Positions 26,808-34,225 are shown, numbered from the stretch's first letter. The stretch is 40,618 nucleotides of DNA from Oscillospiraceae bacterium (GCA_015065205.1 SVQS01000002.1:1-40618), one strand, 5' to 3'. Made by a program: numbers and translations. The notes: generated by a model not told the origin, from the letters alone.

Positions 26808-26854
26808 GCTTGCAGAGTGGGTTCGGCGTGCGGGTGCCAATGCAAAAGGTCTGC
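26808..26854 (+). repeat. 47-bp tRNA-Arg-derived minihelix-like element, copy A
   Basis: GCTTGCAGAGTGGGTTCGGCGTGCGGGTGCCAATGCAAAAGGTCTGC. 46/47 identical to copy B, 178 bp downstream. Confidence 0.9.
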
Positions 26855-26985
26855 TAAAAAGCAAATCTTGCTTTTGTCATTATAACGGGAATTTCACCTA
26901 CGGTGAATATATCCTCGTCCTGTGCCTGACAAGCAAGCTTGTCGATCTTCGGACGGGATATGCGAACCCAATTCTGCTGCGCTAC

Positions 26986-27032
26986 GCTTGCAAAGTGGGT
27001 TCGGCGTGCGGGTGCCAATGCAAAAGGTCTGC
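26986..27032 (+). repeat. 47-bp tRNA-Arg-derived minihelix-like element, copy B (also the left arm of the palindrome with the tRNA 3' half)
   Basis: GCTTGCAAAGTGGGTTCGGCGTGCGGGTGCCAATGCAAAAGGTCTGC. It contains GGGTTCG, TGCGGGT-G-CCA and the trailer ATGCAA..GGTCTGC of the adjacent tRNA, but in the opposite orientation. Confidence 0.9.
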
Positions 27033-27052
27033 CCATAAGGCAGACCTTGCAT

Positions 27053-27127
27053 TGGCACCCGCAACGGGAATCGAACCCATAACTACCCCTTAGGAGGGGG
27101 CTATTATATCCATTTAACTATGCAGGC
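27053..27127 (-). tRNA. tRNA-Arg (anticodon CCT), CCA encoded
   Basis: Hand-folded cloverleaf of GCCTGCATAGTTAAATGGATATAATAGCCCCCTCCTAAGGGGTAGTTATGGGTTCGATTCCCGTTGCGGGTGCCA. 7-bp acceptor stem, 4-bp D stem, anticodon stem GCCCC/GGGGT with loop CTCCTAA, T arm ATGGG-TTCGATT-CCCGT, discriminator G. Confidence 0.85.
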
Positions 27128-27171
27128 GTATTTTATTTTGAGCGCAGCAAAAAGGGAAATAGAACATAATA

Positions 27172-27200
27172 ATTATAGCATTTTTTTCTTTAAAAAGCAA
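27172..27200 (-). promoter_or_regulatory. Candidate sigma-A promoter for tRNA-Arg
   Basis: Minus strand TTGCTT (27200-27195), 17 nt spacer, TATAAT (27177-27172) with TG extension. About 40 nt upstream of the tRNA 5' end. Confidence 0.5.
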
Positions 27201-27305
27201 GCCCTTTTACATCAAGATATAGTATTTTTTGCAAGTCGATATAGCCAAAACTAATGCGTTATATTTGTGCAAATCGACCAAATTTCAAAAATGTTAAAAA
27301 AAAGG

Positions 27306-27334
27306 TTGCAAACATATAAAAAATATGTTATTAT
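27306..27334 (+). promoter_or_regulatory. Candidate sigma-A promoter for the DivIVA-domain / XRE gene pair, with a palindromic spacer
   Basis: TTGCAA (27306-27311), 17 nt spacer ACATATAAAAAATATGT (inverted repeat ACATAT/ATATGT), TATTAT (27329-27334). Confidence 0.5.
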
Positions 27335-27399
27335 ATATATGTATAAAAGGGAAACTATGCGTTCCTATAAAATGTATAAGAGATGTGGAGGGTTTCACA

Positions 27400-28002
27400 A
27401 TGGCAGAGATTTCTGTTCAATTCAAAAACAAAATTAACGGCTACGATAAAGTAGAAGTACAAGAGTATGCAAAAGGCATGGAAGCACGCCTTCAAGAAAA
27501 GTCCATGGCTCTCGCTAACGCTGAGCAAAAAATTGAAGAGTTGGAAGCAAGACTGAACAAAATTGTTGGTACTGATTCTTCCATCGAAGAAAAGATCGAG
27601 CTTTACGATAAGCTGATGAAGAAGATGGATGGTGACTACACCAACCTGTTGGCTCCCGCTATTGCTAAGGCAAAGGCTATCGAAGAGAAAGCTCAAGAGG
27701 AGTACAATGTTCGCATCGACCAGGCTCGTTATGCTGCAGAAGGCATCTACACCGAGACTGCAGAGCGCATTACCGGTGTTGTTGATGCCGCTGTTAACAA
27801 CAATATGGATAGAATTTACAACCTCCTCGACGAGTTTATTTATTCCAAAACTCTTCCTGGTCGCGTAAATGCTTTTGTTACAAATTGCAAAGCAATCGCT
27901 GCTAAGGTTAAGCAGGCTCCTGCCAATGCTGCTGCTAAGGTTAAGGCCGCTATCGCCAACAAACTGAACGCTAAAAAAGCTCCCGTAGAGGCTGCTGAAT
28001 AA
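27400..28002 (+). CDS. DivIVA-domain-containing coiled-coil protein
   Basis: GGAGGG RBS. 200 aa. N-terminal FKNKINGYDKVEVQEYAKGME fits the DivIVA signature (F..x..GYd..eVd.fl), followed by a coiled coil and an Ala/Lys-rich tail. Confidence 0.7.
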   Translation: MAEISVQFKNKINGYDKVEVQEYAKGMEARLQEKSMALANAEQKIEELEARLNKIVGTDSSIEEKIELYDKLMKKMDGDYTNLLAPAIAKAKAIEEKAQEEYNVRIDQARYAAEGIYTETAERITGVVDAAVNNNMDRIYNLLDEFIYSKTLPGRVNAFVTNCKAIAAKVKQAPANAAAKVKAAIANKLNAKKAPVEAAE

Positions 28003-28030
28003 TTACAAAAAAAGGGAAGCAAGCAAACCT

Positions 28031-28927
28031 ATGAATATCGGCGAACGTATTCGTGAATTGCGTATCTCCAAGCTTATGACGCAGGCAGATCTTGCCGGAG
28101 ACCGCATCACAAGAAATATGTTAAGCTGTATCGAAAATGGTTCTGCCAATCCTTCGCTTTCTACAATCGTTTACATAGCTGGCCGTCTTGGTGTCCCTGC
28201 AGGCTTCTTGCTTGCCGAGCAAGGGGATGAAATGGCCTATCGTAAAATGAGCAACCTTTCCAACATCAAAAAAGCCTATACAACCGGAGATGTGCAAAGC
28301 TGTAGAAGTCTTTGTCTCTCCGGTTGTCCTGAACCGGATGATGAAATCAGTTTATTGCTTGCGAATTGCGATGCGGGTATTGCCGTAGAGGAGTTTTGGA
28401 GTGGTAAATTGCGTTCTTCATGCCGTTTTTTTGATGAAGCACTTAGCTATGCCGAAAAAACCATTTACTCGACCGATGCCATCGAGGCGGAGATTCGAAT
28501 ATATTTTCGTTATATGGAACGGATCTCACATACGTTGTATTCCGATTTGTTAGACGAAGAAAAGGTGTTAAGCGTAAAAAGCAACACGATTTTGTCACAG
28601 TATTTGGATGCATTATACGCGTTGGACAACAGTGATACGTCGCTTGCCGAGCAACTAATTGAACAATTGGCCAATTTGAGCGAAAATAGCTTCTTTAAGG
28701 CGCATTTGCAAAACAAACTGCTAATTACCGATGGAAACTACAAACAAGCTCAAAAAGCCTTACAACAGCTCCTGCAAGATAGTAATATGCCACTCAACAA
28801 AATTGAGCTTTACACAGTGCTTGAAGATTTGGAAATCTGCTGCCGCGAGAATGAGGATTACAAAAACGCTTATCGCTTTGCCAGCGAAAAGGTAGAATTG
28901 TTAGAACAGCTCTTACAGGAATATTAA
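28031..28927 (+). CDS. XRE-family HTH transcriptional regulator with about 230 aa helical (TPR-like) C-terminal domain
   Basis: IGERIRELRISKLMTQADLAG...ISCIENGSANPSLSTIVYIAGRLGV is a Cro/C1-type HTH. The remaining residues are Leu/Glu/Gln-rich helical. Size (298 aa) and layout resemble RNPP/Rgg-type regulators (inference). Confidence 0.7.
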   Translation: MNIGERIRELRISKLMTQADLAGDRITRNMLSCIENGSANPSLSTIVYIAGRLGVPAGFLLAEQGDEMAYRKMSNLSNIKKAYTTGDVQSCRSLCLSGCPEPDDEISLLLANCDAGIAVEEFWSGKLRSSCRFFDEALSYAEKTIYSTDAIEAEIRIYFRYMERISHTLYSDLLDEEKVLSVKSNTILSQYLDALYALDNSDTSLAEQLIEQLANLSENSFFKAHLQNKLLITDGNYKQAQKALQQLLQDSNMPLNKIELYTVLEDLEICCRENEDYKNAYRFASEKVELLEQLLQEY

Positions 28928-28964
28928 AAGCAATATCACAGTATATGTGATATTGCTTTTTATT
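28927..28964 (+). terminator. Rho-independent terminator after the XRE regulator
   Basis: AAAGCAATATCACA-gtata-TGTGATATTGCTTT then TT. Confidence 0.8.
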
Positions 28965-29084
28965 TGTAGATTAAAATAGTATATCAGAGATCAGAGATAA
29001 GGAATAAACTCAATTCCAAATTTGGTAAGCGAAAATGCGGTAAATAACCGCAAAATACCCATTTCTGCCCGTTTTCCATCCCCT

Positions 29085-29116
29085 CAATTATACAAAATTT
29101 GCATTTTGTATAATTG
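29085..29116. repeat. Perfect 14-bp-arm palindrome in a non-coding region
   Basis: CAATTATACAAAAT-ttgc-ATTTTGTATAATTG. Each strand reads TGTATAAT (extended -10-like). Confidence 0.9.
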
Positions 29117-29452
29117 GAACTGTATCAAAGAGTATTTATATGCCTGCCATATTTAATGTTGGTAAGGGTACCTTCCCCTCGTATTTGCGTAAAAATGTTA
29201 TTTCACTATCAAGAACCATTGTACTTTCAGGAAGATCAAATAGATTCCTTTACCTGGAGATTTGTGGGATAGGCTTTCTCATTTTTTATAAAAAAAGTAA
29301 ACAAGTGTTTTTGTTTTGCTTCTAAACAAAAAGATTTGGTTACTTTCTTGTCTGTAAATCAAGAAACAAAAATAGAGAAGTGCAAATTTCAAAAGTCCCC
29401 TACTCTTCCCTTTTTCATTCAAAAAATTTTTTAACCAATCTTTCTTTTTATA

Positions 29453-29481
29453 TTGCATTCTGACAAAAATCGTGCTATAAT
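29453..29481 (+). promoter_or_regulatory. Sigma-A promoter for the 144-aa gene
   Basis: TTGCAT (29453-29458), 17 nt spacer, TATAAT (29476-29481) with TG extension. Confidence 0.6.
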
Positions 29482-29521
29482 AATAATGTAGTTTTACTGA
29501 ATTTTTTTGGAGGAACATATT

Positions 29522-29956
29522 ATGGCTATTAAAATGAGAGTTCTTTACAATTCCGCAAAGCCGAAGATCAAAAATATTGCAAATGACATCAAAGCGCACT
29601 ATGAGCTTGGTGTCAATGCTGTTGACGTAATTCCGCCTGCATATTCTTGCGACAAAGAAAGAGTTGTTATTATGATTCTTTCTGCCAAGGGTGCACATCT
29701 TGACGATTCCCTGCGTCTCTTCTGCCAAGAGCTTACAAAAGCTCGTGCACAGAACATCGCATTGATGATTGACGGCAACGAAGCTGCTGCAAATGCTATA
29801 AAAGAGGTTATTGCAAACGTTGCACAAAACAATGCCGTTTACGACGAGGTTCTGTACATCAAGGGTGGACTTCCCATTATTGGTGGGGCTCTCAAGCCTG
29901 AAGAACGCACCGCAATTATCGAGTGGGTCGACCGTGTAATTGCAAATTTGAAATAA
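29522..29956 (+). CDS. Hypothetical 144-aa cytoplasmic protein (possibly flavodoxin-like fold without the canonical FMN phosphate loop)
   Basis: GGAGG RBS 8 nt upstream of the ATG at 29522. An alternating beta/alpha pattern is suggested (MRVLYNS...VVIMILSAKG...NIALMIDGN). No motif I can name with certainty. Confidence 0.5.
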   Translation: MAIKMRVLYNSAKPKIKNIANDIKAHYELGVNAVDVIPPAYSCDKERVVIMILSAKGAHLDDSLRLFCQELTKARAQNIALMIDGNEAAANAIKEVIANVAQNNAVYDEVLYIKGGLPIIGGALKPEERTAIIEWVDRVIANLK

Positions 29957-29961
29957 AACAC

Positions 29962-29996
29962 AAGGAGATGCTTCATACGAAGCATCTCCTTTTTTG
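29962..29996. terminator. Bidirectional terminator between the 144-aa gene and potD
   Basis: AAGGAGATGCTTC-atac-GAAGCATCTCCTT then TTTTT. Confidence 0.85.
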
Positions 29997-29997
29997 T

Positions 29998-31236
29998 TTA
30001 ATCGTAAAGCCTTGCCCAACGGCGTTTTTTGATCAGCTGATAAACGCCGATTGCAGCAAGAACAACGAGAATGACACCGCAACCGATATAAATACCATTG
30101 CCAATGCTACTTTTTGCCTTGAGTTGTTCCCAAAGCACATTTTGCATAGCCAAACCTTCGGGGGAAAGATTTAGGTATGCTTGAGACGGAACATCCTCTG
30201 CCTGATTATATAGAATATCAATCGCATATTCGCCCATTTCATCCTGATATTCAGGATCTTCAACAACGGTTGTTACGGGAGATGCATAATAGGTATAGAG
30301 CGCATTCGCCATAGCAATATCATGTCGGCACATAAAATTGATATAGTGATGTGCTAACTCGTAATTTTCTGCATTCTTTGGAATGCACATAGCATCAATA
30401 TAGCTGTTCGTTCCCTCTTGCGGATAGAAGAAAGCGAGATCTTCATTATCTTCGTACATAGAGAGATAGTCGCCGGCATAGTACGCTGCTATCGCAGCAG
30501 ATCCACTTTGCATTTTGTTAAAAATCTCATCCATTACATATCCTTGAACAATCTTTTTTTGCTCCAAGAGTTCGTCAAGAGCCAGTCTCCACTTTTCTTC
30601 GTCTTCGTCATTAACGTCAAGGCCGAGCTTGTATTGAGCCGTTCCAAATGCATCGCGGCTGTTATTGAATTGCAGGATGTCGCCTTTGTATTGCTCATCC
30701 CACATCAAATCCCAGCTGCCGATTTGTTCATCGTTTTCGTCAACGATGGATGTGTTGTAAATGATACCGATCATGCCGTAAAAATACGGTACAGAATACA
30801 ACTCATCCGAGTCATCTTCGTAATAAATGTTCTCGCCCTTAAAATCATCGTCAATATACTGATAATTCGGTATCATGTCGAGATTTAGCGGCTGAAGCAT
30901 CTCCTCTTCAACCATACGCTCAATCATATAATCAGAAGGAATGATGACATCGTACTTGGTCGAACCGCTGCTTACCTTTGCATACATACTTTCGTTGCTG
31001 GCAAAGGTGGAATAGTTGACTTCAACGGTAATCCCCAGTTCCTCTTTGCAGTATCTTTCAAATTCTTTGTTGACGTCTTCACTGCCTTCTGAGCCGTCGG
31101 AGATATACTCACCCCAGTTATAAACATAAAGTGTGAGTACCTCCTCTTCCTTATCACAGGAAGTAAATACGGTTGTTGCGCAAAGAGATACAAGGAAACA
31201 AAGCACGAGGAGTCGTGAAATGTGTTTTTTCATCAT
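29998..31236 (-). CDS. potD: Spermidine/putrescine ABC transporter substrate-binding lipoprotein with an extra C-terminal TM helix
   Basis: Lipobox VFTSC. PotD-like body (YVYNWGEYI..., VIIPSDYM). C-terminal GIYIGCGVILVVLAAIGVYQLIKKRRW hydrophobic segment. Confidence 0.85.
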   Translation of the reverse strand: MMKKHISRLLVLCFLVSLCATTVFTSCDKEEEVLTLYVYNWGEYISDGSEGSEDVNKEFERYCKEELGITVEVNYSTFASNESMYAKVSSGSTKYDVIIPSDYMIERMVEEEMLQPLNLDMIPNYQYIDDDFKGENIYYEDDSDELYSVPYFYGMIGIIYNTSIVDENDEQIGSWDLMWDEQYKGDILQFNNSRDAFGTAQYKLGLDVNDEDEEKWRLALDELLEQKKIVQGYVMDEIFNKMQSGSAAIAAYYAGDYLSMYEDNEDLAFFYPQEGTNSYIDAMCIPKNAENYELAHHYINFMCRHDIAMANALYTYYASPVTTVVEDPEYQDEMGEYAIDILYNQAEDVPSQAYLNLSPEGLAMQNVLWEQLKAKSSIGNGIYIGCGVILVVLAAIGVYQLIKKRRWARLYD

Positions 31237-32069
31237 CTTACGCCTCCCTTCAATGCTTTATGCGCCTTTTTACGTGCGCGACGCTCACCCATAGAACCTG
31301 CTACGTTAACGGCGATCAGCAACAGAAGAATTGCCAAAATCATAATGGAACAAAGTGCATACATGCTAAACTTGACCTCATGTGCCGTTTGCGTGTAGAT
31401 GTAAAGAGGAAGTGTTTTGAAGTCGGGAGAGCTAACAAAGTGACTGATAACGAAGTCGTCGAGTGAAAGCGTGAAGCTCATCATCAAACCGGAAAGGATG
31501 CCCGGCATAATGGATGGCAATTCTACGCGGAAAAAGGTTTGCATCGGTGTGCAACCAAGATCAAGCGCCGCCTCGGTTAAGTTTCTGTCCATTTGACGGA
31601 ACTTTGGGAGCACCTGCAGAATAACGTAAGGCAGGTTGAACGTGGTGTGTGCAATGAGCATCGTCCAAAAACCGAGCGAACTTTTGGCACCAATCGCCGC
31701 GCCTACGCCAACAAACAACAGCATCATCGAAACACCGGTTACGATATCGGGGTTCATCATCGGAATATTTGCAACTGATTCCAGTGTTTGACGGTAGTAG
31801 CGATTCTTTGCACGCGAAATACCAAGAGCCGCAAGGGTTCCTATGGTTGTGGCGATCAAAGACGAGCTAACAGCCAAAATAAGTGAGTTTTTCAAGGCAG
31901 TCAGTGCCTCATCATTATCATCAAAAAGTTCTATGTACCAATTCAGCGTAAAGGTGCTAAAATGACTCAGGTTTCCCGATTCGTTAAACGAAAACAGAAT
32001 AACGACGAGAATTGGCGCATAGAGGATCAAAAAGATCAGGCCAATGTAGAATTTAGAGAGAAACTTCAT
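31233..32069 (-). CDS. potC: Spermidine/putrescine ABC transporter permease
   Basis: 278 aa, 6 TM. EAA-loop LTEAALDLGCTPMQTFFRVELP. Overlapping stop/start with neighbours. Confidence 0.85.
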   Translation of the reverse strand: MKFLSKFYIGLIFLILYAPILVVILFSFNESGNLSHFSTFTLNWYIELFDDNDEALTALKNSLILAVSSSLIATTIGTLAALGISRAKNRYYRQTLESVANIPMMNPDIVTGVSMMLLFVGVGAAIGAKSSLGFWTMLIAHTTFNLPYVILQVLPKFRQMDRNLTEAALDLGCTPMQTFFRVELPSIMPGILSGLMMSFTLSLDDFVISHFVSSPDFKTLPLYIYTQTAHEVKFSMYALCSIMILAILLLLIAVNVAGSMGERRARKKAHKALKGGVR

Positions 32070-32887
32070 ACGATAATGTCCTCCCCACTGTCTGAAAATT
32101 TATTCATAATAGCAAGAGAGATCAAAATCAAGATCATCATCACAAGAGAAATGGCTGCACCGGTATGATAAGTCACAGCATTTTGGAACTGACGCTCGAT
32201 GGTATCACCCAAAAGGTCGAATACACCACCGCCCAGCTTTTGGGAAATGTAGAAGGTACTGATAGACGGTACAAAGACCATCGTAATACCCGAAATAACA
32301 CCGGGCATTGTCAAGGGCAGAATGACACGCCAAAGTGTTTTGCGGTTGTTACAGCCAAGGTCAGCCGCCGCCTCAAGATAACGCACGTCAAGCTTGTTCA
32401 TAGAGGTAAAAATCGGCAGAACCATATAAGGCAAAAAGTCGTAAATCATACCCAAAATAACTGCGCCTTCAGTTCCGATAAAGGTTAGCTTTTCAAAACC
32501 GAGCCGTGTCAAAAGGCCACTTACAAGCCCACCATTATCGAGGAGCGCCATCAAGGAATATGTACGGATCAAAAGGCTGATCCACATAGGAAGCATCAAC
32601 AAAACCGTCAGAACATTGCGCGTTCTTTCGGACATTCTCGACATGCAGTAAGCCAAGGGGTAGCCGATAAGCAAGCAAATAACAGTTGCAATGAGCGCAA
32701 ATCCCAAAGACATAATAAAGGTGTGCGAATAGGAGGAAAGAGAGAGAATGTTCTCAAATGTAAACTTCCCTTCCTGATCCGTGAACGCAAAATACAGCAC
32801 CACGAGCAAAGGACCGACAATGAAGATCGAAGCCCAAAAAACATACGGCGCCGTTGCTATGTGCTCAAAAAAGGATTTCTTTTTCAT
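32066..32887 (-). CDS. potB: Spermidine/putrescine ABC transporter permease
   Basis: 273 aa. EAA-loop [22 protein letters not shown]. Confidence 0.85.
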   Translation of the reverse strand: MKKKSFFEHIATAPYVFWASIFIVGPLLVVLYFAFTDQEGKFTFENILSLSSYSHTFIMSLGFALIATVICLLIGYPLAYCMSRMSERTRNVLTVLLMLPMWISLLIRTYSLMALLDNGGLVSGLLTRLGFEKLTFIGTEGAVILGMIYDFLPYMVLPIFTSMNKLDVRYLEAAADLGCNNRKTLWRVILPLTMPGVISGITMVFVPSISTFYISQKLGGGVFDLLGDTIERQFQNAVTYHTGAAISLVMMILILISLAIMNKFSDSGEDIIV

Positions 32888-34011
32888 TCTTCGTCTATCT
32901 CCTCCGTGGCGTCAGAAAGCTTATCCAGCTCGTCGCTGAAAGAAGAATAATCGCCGAACATACCCGAAAATTCGGATTTCTTCATAATATGGAAAGCATC
33001 GGGATCAATAGAAAGACCAATAGTCTCTCCTTCTGCCACAAAGTCTGTGGTTTGTATCATCCACTTAAAGCCTTCAACATCTACGATAATTTCATAGTGC
33101 ACGCCCTTGAATGTGACGCCTGTAACAAGACCGCAGAGCATTCCCTTTTCTTTGGAAACAACGTCGACATCTTCAGGGCGAATAACCACGTCAACGGGTT
33201 CATTTGTATCAAAGCCACCATCAACGCAATCGAAGGTATGTCCTGCAAGCTTTACACGGTAATCCGCAAGCATAACTCCGTCAACAATATTGGATTCACC
33301 GATAAAATCGGCAACAAATGCGTTTATGGGTTCGTTGTAAATATCGGTAGGCGTACCGATCTGCTGAATCTTTCCGTGTGCCATAACCACGACAGTATCA
33401 GACATAGAAAGAGCCTCTTCTTGATCGTGGGTTACGTAAATGAAGGTAATGCCGGTTTGATGTTGAATGTTCTTCAACTCGTTCTGCATATCCTTGCGGA
33501 GTTTAAGGTCAAGTGCTGCCAACGGCTCATCTAAAAGGAGCACCTTGGGCTGATTAACAAGCGCACGTGCAATGGCAACGCGCTGTTGCTGTCCACCTGA
33601 TAAGGTGTTTACCTTGCGACGTTCAAAGCCGCGCAGGTTTACAAGAGCCAGCATCTCTTTGACCTTTTCTTTGATTTGCGCATCGGAACATTTTTGAATG
33701 CGCAGACCGAAAGCGATGTTGTCAAATACGTTTAAGTGAGGAAAAAGCGCATATCGTTGAAATACGGTGTTGACTTGTCTTTGATACGGCGGGATATCAT
33801 TGATACGCTTGCCATCAAAGAATACGTCGCCTTCATCGGGTGTTTCAAAACCGCCGATGATGCGAAGAGTGGTCGTCTTGCCGCATCCCGAGGGACCCAA
33901 CAGAGTAATAAATTCCTTGTTATGAATCTCCAGGTTGATGTGGTCGAGAACGGTTTCTCCGTCAAAAGACTTGGAAATACCGTTCAGCCGGATTAGCACG
34001 TTTTTGTTCAT
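32884..34011 (-). CDS. potA: Spermidine/putrescine ABC transporter ATPase
   Basis: Start at [11 protein letters not shown] with an AAGGAG RBS; the ORF-track 34200 start is rejected. Walker [10 protein letters not shown], signature [15 protein letters not shown], Walker B LLLDEP, and a C-terminal TOBE-like domain. Confidence 0.9.
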   Translation of the reverse strand: MNKNVLIRLNGISKSFDGETVLDHINLEIHNKEFITLLGPSGCGKTTTLRIIGGFETPDEGDVFFDGKRINDIPPYQRQVNTVFQRYALFPHLNVFDNIAFGLRIQKCSDAQIKEKVKEMLALVNLRGFERRKVNTLSGGQQQRVAIARALVNQPKVLLLDEPLAALDLKLRKDMQNELKNIQHQTGITFIYVTHDQEEALSMSDTVVVMAHGKIQQIGTPTDIYNEPINAFVADFIGESNIVDGVMLADYRVKLAGHTFDCVDGGFDTNEPVDVVIRPEDVDVVSKEKGMLCGLVTGVTFKGVHYEIIVDVEGFKWMIQTTDFVAEGETIGLSIDPDAFHIMKKSEFSGMFGDYSSFSDELDKLSDATEEIDEE

Positions 34012-34149
34012 TCCGCATAAATACTCCTTTTTGAAAAAAATACTCATGGAACAAAACGGACACCTCTGTCCGCTGCCGGCACAACTTTTTAACGGCTGAA
34101 AAATAAAAAGGTGTTTTGCCGGCACTCTGACCATAAACTTATAAATAAC

Positions 34150-34178
34150 ATTGTAACAGATATTCGACAAAATTGCAA
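34150..34178 (-). promoter_or_regulatory. Sigma-A promoter for potABCD
   Basis: Minus strand TTGCAA (34178-34173), 17 nt spacer, TACAAT (34155-34150). Leaves a leader of about 135 nt. Confidence 0.55.
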
Positions 34179-34225
34179 TACCTTTACAAAAATAAATCAA
34201 AATATTTCGCTATTCGATAGCATTT

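Noticed and set aside
26806-27093. 95-aa + strand ORF spanning the repeat region and running into the tRNA
   Set aside because: It has no RBS. It is made almost entirely of the two 47-bp repeats plus the antisense of tRNA-Arg, so the reading frame is a by-product of structured non-coding DNA.
26780-27400. Integrated mobile element or att sites at tRNA-Arg
   Set aside because: No integrase, excisionase or transposase ORF lies anywhere near. The tRNA-derived repeats are inverted relative to the tRNA 3' end rather than direct, unlike attL/attR. An old recombination scar is still possible, but a mobile element cannot be called.
29140-29325. 61-aa ORF downstream of the XRE regulator as a possible signalling pro-peptide
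   Set aside because: It has no Shine-Dalgarno sequence and no signal-peptide-like N-terminus. Its composition is typical of an AT-rich random frame. The question is kept only as part of the non-coding-region finding.
29279-30082. 267-aa minus-strand ORF covering the 144-aa gene and its terminator
   Set aside because: It crosses a strong bidirectional terminator and a promoter. The + strand gene has a consensus promoter and RBS, so this is judged spurious.
34012-34200. N-terminal extensions suggested by the ORF track (potA from 34200; likewise 2901, 6326, 8553, 10742, 16147, 20080, 22546, 27325, 29507, 35188)
   Set aside because: In each case an internal ATG preceded by a good RBS matches the conserved family N-terminus. 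The upstream extension overlaps a promoter, terminator or the preceding gene.
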